Positions 13,301-26,999 of a stretch of 64,000 nt of DNA are shown piece by piece (position 1 is the stretch's first letter; every line of letters starts with the position of its first letter). The notes beneath the pieces were generated by a model. It saw nothing but the letters and a program-made list of their open reading frames with translations, had not been told where the DNA came from and ran no database searches. The DNA is from Camelus dromedarius. Its lineage: Eukaryota. Position numbers and translations under genes: made by a program. The DNA lies in NCBI RefSeq assembly GCF_036321535.1, contig NC_087437.1, positions 36,830,001 to 36,894,000 of the forward strand, in the 5' to 3' direction.

Positions 13301-15139
13301 AGTAAGGCAAAGATTTGGATACGTTAATATAAAACCTCTTATTATTTAGAATATGTAGAATGCAATAGAAATATTACCATGGGCTGAATTTCACCTATAG
13401 GCATATTTCTTGCTCCCAAGTATAAGGTGTTACATACTACAGAAGAATTAAGAACAGACTACTGTTCACTTCAACAGACTATTTCTCTTAGAAAATAAAA
13501 TATATATGTTTTAAGGGATGATCTTGCTGACTTTTATAGGATTAATCACTCATTACTGGTTAAAGCTATACCTCCTATAATTTGTAGAATTGAAATACAT
13601 GTTCAAAGTGATGTGTTCGATTTCTAGGATCTCTTCATTCTCCACAGGTGGTGCCGGAGATGAAAGCAAAGTATTTTCAAAATAAAAATTGTATTTTAAG
13701 CCTCAATTTTAGAAAAAAAAATTTTAAGTAGACAAATTGACATTATATTTGCTGTGAATATTTTCTGAATGAATAACATTCAATGATATCAAAAATCTGT
13801 ATATGTTTAAAAACGATTTTATAATTCTCTGCATATATTTTATTTAAAGGTAAATATATGTTTATGAGATCTGTCCTGATGTGAGAATTACCTTGAAAAT
13901 GTCCTACAGAATTGGTAAGTCAACTCTAAAAAATTTTATGACATATTTAGCTAATTTCCCATTGATGCCATTGGTTTATATTCTCATGCTCTGATCTGAA
14001 TCCCTTAGGTATACTTAACCTTTATTCAGGGAACTATTAAAAAAAGGTGAGAGATGGAAAGAGCAATGTTTGAGTGAGTCATTCTGATGCATAGTGGGAG
14101 CAGTTGTATAAATGATGTTTTGTGTAAAATCTGTTTAAACTTTTTTCATTGTTGCCACACAATCCATCATCAAGAATATTTTTTAAAAAAGAATTTTAAT
14201 GAAAGAACTGTTTCCTTCCCTCTTTTTTTTCTTCTGTGAATTAATTTGTTCCTTTAACATATGTCTGCAGCATTTTCCATGGGTAAACATTTTGAGAATT
14301 GTAGCATGTATCAAACCATGGAAGTGAAATTCATACACTTTAATTTTTCCATTTACTTGATAACTAGATAAAAATAAATTTTAAAAACTAAGTGATGTGT
14401 AGACTTACATATAATTTGTTAAATAAATTGCCCTCTTTCTAGATAAGTTGGAACTATAATCCTGATGAATTGTAGTTTTTCAAAGAAAATCATTTCCTAC
14501 ATTGATAATAAAAAGAAATACTCTAGTTTCATATTTGTATAAAAGGAAAAACAACTATTTCTGGTTTCCCAGCTCAAGGATGTATAAGTAAACCTAAAAA
14601 GATGAACCATTTTATCTTGCTTATACTTTTATCATTACCTTCTTTTTTGGGAAAACTAAGCCTCCTGAAAAGTTTGTCTTTAAGGTAGTTGTGTTTATTA
14701 GTTCTTGTTGCAATTAAAACTTTTCCTTTTATGACATATTGCCTGAAGGGAAAAAATAAACTACTCAAGACAGGCAAATGGTGCTCATCAGGGTAAGCAC
14801 TCCATCTATGTAGTCTGTTATACCCTAAGCACCTAGTACAGTGTGTGATATAGAGTGAATATTCAATAATCATAGTTTGTAGTCGTATGAAAATAAGTTA
14901 AAATTAATGAAGCATAGCCTTTCCTATTGAACTTTTTCTTTTTTGGTATGTTCTAAGACCCAGTTCTTAGAAAACAAATGTTACACTTAAAAATTATGAG
15001 TCTGTGGAAAGGGCTTAGCTTCAGGGAAGGTCAGAAACAGGTTCTTATGCTATATTTACCATTTATTAATTATGATTCATTGGGCAAGTTACATTGCTTT
15101 TTAAACTTTTGTCAAAATAACTTTAAGTAAATAATAACG

Positions 15140-15658
15140 GTTAACTTCCCATTGCTGCTATAACCAATTACCACAAATTTAGTAGATAAAGACACAGATT
15201 TATTATCTTACAAGGTGGAGGACAGAAGTCATAATCAAAGTGTTAGCAGGGTTCCTTCTAGAAACTCTAGGGGAGAATTCATTTCCTTGCCTTTCCAACT
15301 ACTAGAGGCCACCTGCATTCCTTAGCATATGGCTTCTTCTTCCAGGAGCACATCTTCACATCTCTCTCTGTCTCTCTCTTTCTTCTTTCTCTCCCTCTTC
15401 CTCTCTCTCTACTTCCCCTTTCCCTCTTCTCGCTCTGCTCTTGTCATCCCATCTCGTTGTCTGACTCTGACTCTTACCCTCCCCCTCATAAATAACCTTG
15501 TGATTACGCTTGTGCCACCTGGATAATCTTCTCATCACAAGATTCTCAACTTAATTACATCAACAAAGTCACTTTTGCCATGTAAGGTAATGTAATGACA
15601 GCTTCTGGGAATTAGGATGTAGCTGGCTATCTTTGGAGGGGATGCTATTCAGCCTACA
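15140..15658 (-). mobile_element. MaLR LTR (MLT1C/D-like) containing a CT-rich tract
   Basis: attgctgctataaccaattaccacaaatttagt...ctaggggagaattcatttccttgcc...gctattcagcctaca. Confidence 0.8.
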
Positions 15659-16747
15659 AGAGTAACATCTTAAGAGGTTTTTAAGAGGATTAAAGGAGTT
15701 TGAATATATGAATGTTTGGTATAATCGATTGACCTTATGTGATACATTTTGCATATATCTATCTCTATACATTTTATATCTGTTCATTAAATATTCCTCT
15801 ATCCAACAAATAAAGTAATACTTTAATATTTTAATTTATTGTACTATGTTTTCAAATGTACTATGTTTTTTTATGAGTGTGGTTATTCATATGAATTCAA
15901 TATTTATTTATAGAAAACTTTTGGAAGTTGATTTCTGGAAGGTTGATATATTAACGTTTTTAAATAAAACAAAATACTGATATAGGCTTAGGGACAATAT
16001 AGGAAAAATTATCGAGATCACTAGAATATAATATCTTGGAAGAATGTCTAATTTTACACAATAATGGATAGTGCCTAAATGTTGCCCCTAAGCCTATTCA
16101 TTCAGAAATTGCAGTCTTACTGTACTTGTTAAGCTTTCACCATGTTTTTCTTTCCCCTTTGGAAAAGAATAAAATAACTGAATACAACATTCCCTTCTTC
16201 ACCACGACGATTTTCACGTTTGCCATTTTTTATAAGAAAACAAGCTAACTCCTTAATCTCTGCTTCTTAAATAAATGTGAATACTCTGGTTAATAATTTT
16301 GTTTAGCTAGTTATATTTGTGATTTTATGTTGCATGCCATAAGGTCCTACTGATCTCTACAAACTTTTTAACAAGTCATATTATTATATCTAGAAAAGCA
16401 GTGGAACAAATTATAATTTTATTTAGTATTTAATACATATATTCAGCAGTGTGAGAGCCTCTGAGAATGTCCTATTGAAGTTAACATGGAGGAAATCTTA
16501 GTGTCACACTTGAAAACAAGGGCTGCAATGCCTGTTTTGCTTCTAAGTAAACTTCCTCTCCATATACATGCCATAAAATCTAAATCCACAGAATACATTT
16601 ATGAGATTTACTTTATATACTAGTTCACTGAGCTTTCTAGTCTATGAATTGAACTGTAAAACATCAATTGATTCCATAGGGTGAGCCAAATCATAGCTGA
16701 TAGAGTACAGTGGTGAATATTTAGAATGACAGCATCAACTGCTAAAT

Positions 16748-16750
<3 letters not shown>

Positions 16751-16782
<32 letters not shown>
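16751..16782. repeat. (CA)16 microsatellite
   Basis: Seen directly. Confidence 0.97.
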
Positions 16783-16786
<4 letters not shown>

Positions 16787-17689
16787 TAACTCGACATCAA
16801 TCAGGTAACATAGAAACAGATATTGTAATTCAATAGCTAATGGTACCTTGTGTAAAGTAGAAAATATACACAGATATTTTATATTCAAATAAATATTGTA
16901 CATTAGTAAACAGATGTCTCTTACCAATAGAATTATATTTATATGAGCTCAAAGAAGTGATAAGAAATATCATTTAGATAGCTATAAATTGAAGAATACA
17001 GCTCAGTGCAAATTCATAAGAAATACATGGAATGAAGACAATTATATTCTATTATGTACAAAAATATATGTGATTTTTATTAATATCATGTGCTAAATTA
17101 TGGTATTTTTCATGAAAATCATACAATAATAGCTTTTTAAAAGAAAATAAATTCAATATTCATTCTTCTCTTGTGTATAAATTTGTGATAACTATGCTCA
17201 CTCTGATAATGCCATATTTTTCTTATTAAAATTACTTTAATGCTTATGTCTTCATAATCATTGAATCTCAAAAAGAAAAATAAAATGATAAAGAGTTAAA
17301 CATCCACTGGTAGTTAAGTGAAAGAAAATCCCACAACAATGTGAGTAGACAGACTAGTCACATTATGTGAAATACAGATTTAACAAAATGAAGCTTTTCT
17401 AGAAATATATTTTTTTCTTCAATTATATCTTCTTAAGGACCATGACCCATGGTTTGAAGAATAATAATTGCTGTAACTAAAATTAGTTTATAATAGAACA
17501 TTGTTTTATTTGTTCTCTAAGTAGTCAATGACAAGAGTATTGGCTGCAAGAGCATTAGTCTTGCTAAATGTCTAGTTACCCCTACAAATGCTCTCCAGTT
17601 TAGATTCTAGATAAAATGTTTTGGCAAACTGGAGACACAGAGAACTACAAACTAGAATTGTTCTTTAAAACATGGATTTCAGTATTAAA

Positions 17690-17840
17690 ATGCACAAAAT
17701 AAAAATCTGGCTCCATCATCTGTTAGTTGTGTGAATTTGGGAAATTCATTTAACCTCTCTTTGGCTATTTGTTCATCTATAAATGAGAATAATCACGTTA
17801 TCATTCATAAGGATATTTGTGAGAATTAAATGCTTGTTGT
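17690..17840 (+). mobile_element. MIR SINE fragment
   Basis: MIR core: ctggctccatcatctgttagttgtgtgaatttgggaaattcatttaacctctct...catctataaatgagaataat. Confidence 0.75.
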
Positions 17841-18699
17841 AATTTTTGGTACCTATTCCATATAATTAATTACATTAGTAGAATGCAATAGTACTGCAGT
17901 TGTTATTACCACTTTCAAGGTATTTCTCATATGTTACATTTAATTTTTAATTCCTTACACATATATTCTACAACATGCTTTCCTTTTTTTGCTTTTATTT
18001 TTATTATTATTTACCCACTTTTTTCTAAGAAGCATGGTTCCTTATTTAAATGTTTAAATTTATCCTCATGCTGTTGAATGTATTTGCTTTGGGCTTGTTT
18101 TAAAATTATATTTTTTCTCTTGACTTCTGGACTGCAAATTATTTGAAGATCTTCTTAATCATAACATAACACATATATGCGGTTAGTCAGTAAACACTTG
18201 ATAGCTGGGGTTAGATGAATAGTGAAAAAGCCCATGATGTGGGGGAAAAAAGTAAAGAAATATTTTTTCTTCCAACTGTAAATTGTAAGCAATTAATTTG
18301 TAAGGTGGCTTTCACATGTAAACCAAGATAGTTGGACACTTCTAGAAACCATGCCATGTTAAATGACCAGACATTTCTTAGAGCCCAGAAAATCCAGAAG
18401 CTTTGCAGTAGCAAACATTTATTTTGAGAAATTTTATCACCTTGAAGTTAGTCTGCCTATTATGATAACACATTGATATTTTTTATTACTACTGTACCCT
18501 CATAAAGTTGTCATTATTCCAAAGCTATATGTAGAACTCCAATTTCCCGATTTGTGTATAGAAGTCTATTAATAGTATTAAAAACTTTTCCTTGAAAAAA
18601 AAGAAATTACTTATCAACACTAATAAACTGTATTTTTTCAAAGACTATAGCTTTTTCTATTGGTAGTACATATAAACATTTTATTTTATATTTATATAG

Positions 18700-20190
18700 A
18701 AAAACAACTAAGCTTCCTAATATTTCTTCTAAACATTGCAAAAGCAGAAGAAATAAATAGAAATTGTTTTAAAACTCAGAACAGAAATGGACAAAGTGCA
18801 CACAATAGAAGTTTATTGAACTTAAACAATAATGAAAGAAAAATGCAACTCAGAAATAGAAATTTTATGAGGGGTATTTGATAAAGGTAAAAGAGAGAGA
18901 AAGAGGAGAATAAAATGAGAACAACAACAACAAAAAAAAGAGTTAAATGTTTCCAAAATAAGATAGGAAAAAAGGCAGAACATAAAGGAATAACATTTGA
19001 ATAACTTGTGTCCCTGGGTGAGTGAGCAGAGTGAGGGAGCAAAAATTAAACAATGTAACAAAACTAATGCCTAAAACTATAATCCACAAAAATTTCCAGA
19101 AATAAAAGGCTTAAATCATGATATTGAAAGGAACCAGAGGCTACCTGGAAATATGATCCTACAACAATCATCTCTAACATATATTCTAGAAGAAAATAGA
19201 AGATTTCAAGATAAAAAGAAAAATCCTCAGGCCTTTAGGTAAAAGTCAAACAATGTACAAAGATAAAATAATTTGAATGACGTCAGACTTTTCCAATGTC
19301 TAATATAAATAAATCAATCAATAAATAATCAAGTAGGATTTTCAAAAAATCAATGAAATAAATTGTAACTATTTAATTACTTTATAGGTAGCTAAGCTAT
19401 ACTTCAAGTATCAAGACTGTGGAAGCATCTGATAAACACTAGAGCACAGGGAGTTTTGTAGCCATAAGTCTTCCTTGAGGAATCTCCTAGAGGATATTCT
19501 TTACTCAGATAAGACAAGACAAGGAAAACTTTAGCAAAGGAATTATTGTGAGCATTTAGCATTTATGTATTAACATATATCAGACTAAACAAAATATAAT
19601 TATAAGAGTGGAAAACTAATGCACAAATGCATGTTATGTAATGTACCTAAAAAATGAGGATAATGGAGAGAAAAAACAGGTAGTAGAATAATCTCACTGA
19701 TTTTTATATAAGAAATAGATGAGATTTGAAGTGTAATATTTAAAAATCACAAACCAGTTAAAAACAAAACAGAGAATTCAGGGTCTTAAGGTATAATTAC
19801 AAAGGTAACCACTGAACAAAACTACAAACTTCTTAAATATCAATTTATTTTAATAAAAAAGAAAATAATACACATTTGGTACACAAAAAAGCAAGGCACA
19901 AATTGTGTATTATATATAATCATAAAATAGTATGATGGAGTATTGACCAAACTTTTCAGCCATATCAATAAACTTAAATTTCCGTAAGTCATTAAAAAAA
20001 AAAATTTCCAATCGGATTCACAAAGCAAAATACATCTATACTCTGTATAAAAGAGGCACACCTAAATCGAAGTGAATCAGAAATGCAAAATTTAAAGTGT
20101 GGCCAGAGGTATACCTAAAAATTGTAAACAGGGAAAACGTATGGCTAGTGATCTTGATGTTTCTTTGAAGTATAATTCAAGTCAGAAATG
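18700..20190 (+). mobile_element. Old L1M fossil (ORF1, spacer and start of ORF2)
   Basis: ORF1-like aaatttccagaaata...atattgaaagg, cgtcagactttt; ORF2-like ctctgtataaaagaggcacacctaaa. Confidence 0.55.
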
Positions 20191-23100
20191 AGGTGAGTGT
20201 TACGCTTTTTAAGGAGTAGGGTGTATTAAAGGTGCCCTTGCTTTTCTTCAAAACTGTGAATTACCAAATGAAAACTGCAGTTCATACAGTTGTGTATCTT
20301 GGAAAATCTGGCTTTCATTCAAGTCTATTGAAAATTAGCATCAATACAATGGGGGTTAGTCACTTTTTTAATATAACTTAGTCTTAACTTTTTATATATT
20401 TTATATAATTTACTGTTATAAATACTTGACTTAATTCTGTATAGAATATTCCCCAAAGTATTCATCCTTTTCATTAAGAGTACTTCAAAGTAGTACAGCA
20501 GAAAGGACCAGGTAGCAAAATAAGAAAAAATATTTTTCTTCTTTTGCCTAAATAATCATATCGTGAAAATAAAGTTTAATTTCAGGCTAAATCAATATTC
20601 AAAATACATACTAAGATATATTTAAAATGATAGCTTTGTTTAATAGATGGATTAAAATTGTGGGGGTTTTGTATATGATTCAGGGAAAATCTGAAATTTC
20701 TTGTTGTTCCTGTCCCTCAGGACTCTTCCTTTATTTGGCTTATTTTCCTAACTAAACTCAAAACATAAGAATTAAGGGATAAGCTTTATCAAAGACTGTA
20801 TGTGGAGAGTGGGTAGATAGAAATTTAAAAGGCTTTCCACATAACCTCTTACGTACTTTATATAGCTGTTAACATTACAGTTGAAATAAAAAGAGGAGCA
20901 AACAGACTCTGAAGCAGAATTACAACAGTGGCAGAAGTCACAGCATATTTTGGCTAAGCATATTATCCTTTCAGGTCAAAATTGTGAGCTTAAAATGATA
21001 GCAAGATTGAAGAAAAATTTCCAGCAGTTGCAAAGGTATTGGGATTTAAGTAGACTTCAGCAATTTTGAAGAAGGAGAAATTGAGTTACACATGGCATAC
21101 ATTGAAATACATTAGGTTTTGAGAAATGGAGATTACTTAGGACTTGTGGAAGGAAAATTGAAAACTATAAAATCTGTCAAGAGTATAACATTCTATTCAG
21201 TGTGGAGGGAATGTTTAAGATTACCCTGAATGTGTCTCTGAGTTTGGCGAATAATACGTGTCTCAGCATTTTAGTGAACTTTTTGAAAAATAACAGGAGA
21301 ACAATTAAGAAGCATAGATATGCCACTTGCAAGATAGAGTAAAATCATAATGTCTTTTAATAAGAATATTTTTATTCAGTTAATTTAAGAAAAAAATGCT
21401 AAGAACTTTTTTCTTTGAAATATGTTCTCCCATCTATCCTCCAAAGTATGTACATGATCTATATTCAAATGTTCTAATAGGTTTTGATGACATTTAAGAT
21501 AATGAAGTTCTCAATATATCAGCTGAGACCAGAGTTCTTTGCACCATGCATTACTGCATTAATTCATCACACATTTGTTTAACCTCTACTCATCTGGATG
21601 ATTGGGATACATCTATGAGCAAAGTAAATAAAGATCACTTTTTCTACGATGAGGGAACAGACAGATAACAAGAAGAGACAGACAATAAACATTAAATGTA
21701 AGAAGTTAAAGTGTATAGTATATGTAAAGTTGATAAAAACTTTGGGAGAAAAAAGGCAGAACATGAAAGAAAGATAAGGCTTGATGTGAGTCTTTAATCC
21801 ATTGGTATCTTCAATTACTTTTCTCTCAGAAATAGAAATACTTAGATTATAGTAGTTCCAGTGATATCAATGTCTTACTCTAAAAGTCTATAAGCTGCAC
21901 AGGAGCAAGGACAACATAACCCCATCACTCCCCAAAAACAAACTCTCAGTAAACACTAAGGTGACAACTGAAATAAAATTTACAGAGGGCAATGTGGTCT
22001 AAGAGAAGAGAATGTGGTTTAAGATTGAGTAGATATTCACTCTCTTGACAATAATGTGGTAACAAATTATTCTAAAGTGGATCTACATAACAAGCACCAG
22101 AGCATATAACTATTTATTTTATGACAAGACAAAAATAAGCTTATAAAACTTTGTCCTAAAATTAACTAACAGAAAAAGCTGAAGATTGTTATATGTAGTA
22201 GTGTTTCCTAAGAACATTTTGGAAAACATTGAAGGATCAGCAGAGTATTGAAGCATCACAAGCACACTTAATTGAAGAATCTAGACCATACTTTGAATGA
22301 ATTATTCTCACTGAACATTGCAAAGGAGATTTCTACCTATCATTAAATTTATTTGAAAGGGCAAAGTAGTGGTATGAATATAGGCAGTTTACTGAGGTAC
22401 ACTATATCTGATAAGTAACTGACATTTCAAAAATGAGACATGGCGTTCAAAGGTTTTAAATCAATGAGAGAAAAAAGGTCATCTTGAATCTGATAAAGCA
22501 CGTTTGGGTTTTTCTGAGAAAGTTATTTATAAACACAACTTAGCTCCTATGAAGTTTTCACCACTGATGATGAAATTATTTTGTTGTGGTTGGCAAAATT
22601 CTTCTCTAGCAATTATCAGAAAATCAACTGCTTATGAGCTTAAATATAAAAGAAACAGAATGACTAGTATGATTTCATAAAATTAAAGCTATAGTCTGAC
22701 TATTTCTATCATTATAGAAATATAGGCTTATCTGAAGATATTAAGTTATTTATTTACTGGAGAGTTATGCTATTTACACAAAAGAAATAGAACATGTGGC
22801 TAGAAAACATTTTTTCAATAATTTTGCCTTCCAAATTTGTTTTGCTGACTCAGTAGATTTACCAGATAAATATTCAAAATATAAAACATTATCAGAGAAG
22901 TTTCATTTAAATTCTTTGAGAATAATGATATCATCAATCTGTTTTTTTAAACATAATAGGCCATAATTAATCTAAAACAGAGTGTGATTATCATGAAACC
23001 TTTTGAAATCAATTGATGAAAATACATCAAATTGAATCTCAGTAAGACCTGTTTTTATAAATGGTATCTGGTGAATAAAATGTATAGGTTTTCTAGAAAG

Positions 23101-23198
23101 TTTTCCAAAAACACTTAACAGAAATATCTATAGCAGTATACTATGATTACTTTATACTAACCCAATGATAATGAATTTGACAGCTAAGAAGTACATGT

Positions 23199-25374
23199 GT
23201 TTATCATTTGTAAACTTCTGAATGATAGCCATTGTGACTGATGTGAGGTGATATACCTCATTATAGTTTTGATTTGCATTTCTCTGATAATTAGTGATAT
23301 CAAGCATTTTTTAATGTGCCTATTGGACATTTGTATGTCTTCATTGGAGAATTGCTTGTTTAGGTCTTCTGCTATTTTTGGATTGGGTCTTTTGGTTTTT
23401 TTATTATTCAGTTGTATGACCTGTATATAGTCTGGAAATTAGGCCCTTGTCAGTCTCATCTTTTACAAATATTTTCTCCCATGCTGTAGGTTATCTTTTT
23501 GTTTTGTTTATGGTTTCTTTTGCTGTGGAAAAGCTTTTAAGTTCAATTAGGTCCGATTTGTTTATTTTTGCTTTTGTTTCTATTGCCTGGGTAGACTGCC
23601 CTATTTGAATATTGCTAAGATTTATGTCAGAGAATGTTTTGCCTATGTTTTCTTCTAAAAGGTTTATAATGTCTTGTCTTATACTTAAGCCTTTAAGCCA
23701 TTTTGAGTTTATTTTTGTGTAAGGTGTGAAGGAGTGTTCTAACTTCATTGATTTACATGCAGCTGTCCAGTTTTCCTAACATCATTTGCTGAAGAAACTC
23801 TCTTTACTCCATTGTGTATTCTTGCTTCCTTTGTCAAAGATTAGTTGACCAAAAGTCTGTGGGCTTATTTCTGGGCTCTCTATTCTGTTCCATTGATCCA
23901 TATGTCTGTTTTTGTATCAATATCATGCTGTTTTGATTACTGTAGCTCTGTAGTATTGTCTGAAGTCTGGGAGGGTTTTTCCTCCAGCTTTCTTCTTTTT
24001 CTTTGATATTGCTTTGGCAATTCTAGATCTTTTGTGATTGCATATAAGTTTTAGGATTATTTGTTCTAGTTCTGTGAAAAATGTCCTAGGTAAATTGAAA
24101 GGAATCACATTAAGTCTGTAAATTTCTTTGGGTATTATGGCTATTTTAACAATACTAATTATTCCAATCCAAGAATATGGAATGTCTTTCCCTTTCTGTA
24201 AGTCATCTTTAATTTCCTTAGTCAGTGTTTTGTAGTTCTCCATGTATAAGTTTTTTACTTCCTTGGTCAGATTTATTGCTGTGTATTTTATTTTTTTGGA
24301 TGTGATTTTAAAAGGGATTGTTTCTTTACATTCCTTTTCTGGTATTTCATTATTAGTGTAAAGAAATGCAACTTATTTCTGTGTGTTAATCTTGTATCCT
24401 GCTCCTTGCCAAATTCTTTTATCAGGTCCAGTAGTTTTTGTGTGGAGCCTTTAGGGTTTTTTATATATAGTTATATTTCATCTGCATATAGTGACAATTT
24501 AACCTCTCTCTTCCAATTTGGATCTCTTTTATTTCTCTTTCTTGTCTAATTGCTATGGCTAGGACTTTCAATAAAAATGCTGGAGAGGTGTGGAGAAAAG
24601 GGAGCCCTCATACACTGTTGGTGAGAATGTAGTTTGATGCAGCCATTATTGAAAACAGTAGGGAGATTCTTTAAAAGACTAAAAATAGACTTACCCTGTG
24701 ATCCAGCAATCCCACTCCTGGGCATATATCCAGAGGGAACCTTAATTCAAAAAGATGCATGCACCCCAATGTTCATAGCAGTGCTATTTACAATAGCAAG
24801 ACATGGAAGCAACCTAAATGTCCATGGACAGATAACTAGATAAAGAAGTTATGATATATTTATACAATGGAATACTACTCAGCCATAAAAAAGAATCAAA
24901 TAAAGCCATTTGCAGCAACAGGGATGGACCTGGAGATTGTCATTCTAAGTGAAGTAAGCCAGAAGGAGAAAGAAAAATACCATATGATATCACTTATATG
25001 TGGAATCTAAAAAAAAAAAAAAAGGATAAACAAACTTATTTATGAAAGAGAAACAGACTTAAAAACATAGGAAACAAACTTATGATTACCAGGGGAGAAA
25101 GGGATGGGAAGGAGGAAAGGAATGGGAAGGGATAAATTGGGAGTAGGAGATTTGCAGATACTAATATATATATATAAAACAGGTAAACAATAAGTTCATA
25201 CTGTATAGAACAGGGAATTATATTTAATATCTTGTAGTAAACTATGGTGAAAAAGAATATGAAAAAGAATGTATGTATATTCATGTATGACTGAAGCATT
25301 ATGCTGTATATCAGAAATTGATACAACATTGTAAACAGACTATACTTCAGTTAAAAAAATGAACCTTAAAAAAA
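23199..25374 (+). mobile_element. 5'-truncated, 5'-inverted L1 (twin-priming product)
   Basis: ORF2 on minus strand 23199-~24572 (ORFs 23491-23748 and 23923-24243), then sense ORF2 end, 3'UTR and poly(A) on plus strand; TSD aagtacatgt at 23189-23198 and 25375-25384. Confidence 0.93.
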
Positions 25375-26061
25375 AAGTACATGTAAGTGATGGACAGATG
25401 TCTGCTATTTCTTGAGCTAGTGGTAAAGAGGCTAAAGACAGTATTTCAAAGGACGTAACAAATGTGAATCCAATAATGAAGAGATAGCAATAATAAAGAA
25501 ATAGAGTTTGGTGCTTTTAAAAATACATTTCTGAAAGAGGAAAATCCTTTGGAAGAATGAAACAAATCTGATTCTATAATAATTTTTGAAAAATTCAGTT
25601 AATTTTCACTAAATTATTCTTCTGCATAGATTTTCCCAGCATCTTTATGGAAATAATTTTTTAAAAGATGAACTAAAGGAAAACAGACTTTTTTCAAGAT
25701 AAAAGTTCCCATAAAAATATGCAATCAATTTCCAATTTTATTAATTCTATACCTTTTTAAATTACAACACATCTACAGCATAGTCCAATAAATGATTTAT
25801 AAGCTGAAAATCCTCCTTAAGACACTCCTGCAACTGCAACACGTTCATTTGACAACGCCACTTCAAATATACAAATCATATATATTATTCAGGATACCTG
25901 TGATATCCCAACCTCTTCCAAAATGAAATTCTGGTTGATATTACCTTCCCTTTTCCTGACATTTCACAGGAAAATCTTTGCTACTCTTTTATGGCGTTTT
26001 ACTTTTTACTATGCACTATAGGCTTTTACATATTTGTCTGATCCTTTCTAATGGGCCTGAA

Positions 26062-26732
26062 TGCTGTGTCCAGCGCAGCTCGGGATCATGTCTGAGGATG
26101 GTCAACCCAAGACTTAAGAAACAGAGACAAAGTAAAGAGCGAAGATGGGACCAGGGGACTCAAGATCTCGTGGATCTAAAGCCCCGAAAGCCTGTTGATA
26201 TCATATTTATTAGGAGTATACAGCTCAGAAAAAAATGCGTTCAAAGAGGTGGGGCTTTAGATATTGCATGCGATAAGCACTAAGTTCTGCTTGCTGGTTA
26301 ACTGATTAATTTCAGGCCCATCCCTTCCAGGAACAATCGCCCTCCTGGGGGTATGCAAAATTTCTGAGTCTATCCTGTCATTGCCTCCAGGACATCTCAA
26401 GATAGCAAGTACTTCCCCTGGGTTCAACAGCATGCTTTCATGCCACAACAAAGTTCTGTTAATGGATGATCTGGCTTTACAAGACCATCCATTGTTTCAC
26501 CCTAAGGAAGTATCTGCCTCCTTCGTGCCCTTATGGTCAATGTCAGGATTGCTCACCACAAATTTTCTTCAGCATAATATGTACTATAGATCATCTACTG
26601 CGCAAAACATTAAAACAAAGCAAGCATGTGCATTTTAAGCAAGCAAGTGTGAATATAATATTTTAAGCTCTTGGAAATTTAGGAGTGGCTTCTTTTCTAG
26701 CTACTTGTTGTCCAGCTACTTGTTTCCAATCA
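26062..26732 (-). mobile_element. Solo LTR, class II (ERVK/betaretrovirus-like), 671 bp
   Basis: TG...CA termini flanked by perfect 6-bp TSD CCTGAA (26056-26061 and 26733-26738); minus-strand AATAAA at 26206-26211; repeated ACAAGTAGCT near the U3 start. Confidence 0.85.
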
Positions 26733-26999
26733 CCTGAAGACCTTTAAAGACAAGAAGTATGCTGAAATTTAAAATTTCATAGGCATTTACTTGGTTCTAT
26801 TAATACATTCAAAAGAAAATGGTAACATTTGTAAATTGTGGAGTGTAGCATGAAGTACAAAAGGAAGAAAAATGGAACACATGAAAGAACTATTAAAATT
26901 AAAAAGGGTAACCCTACAAATAAACTTGAACCCACACTTCCATTTTCCTGACCTTGCTGAGTTCTAGTATATACTGAATTTTATGTTTTTTATTATTTT

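Noticed and set aside
13850..13920. Possible exon ending in a GTAAGT donor
   Set aside because: All three frames from the nearest pyrimidine-preceded AG contain stops; no further support
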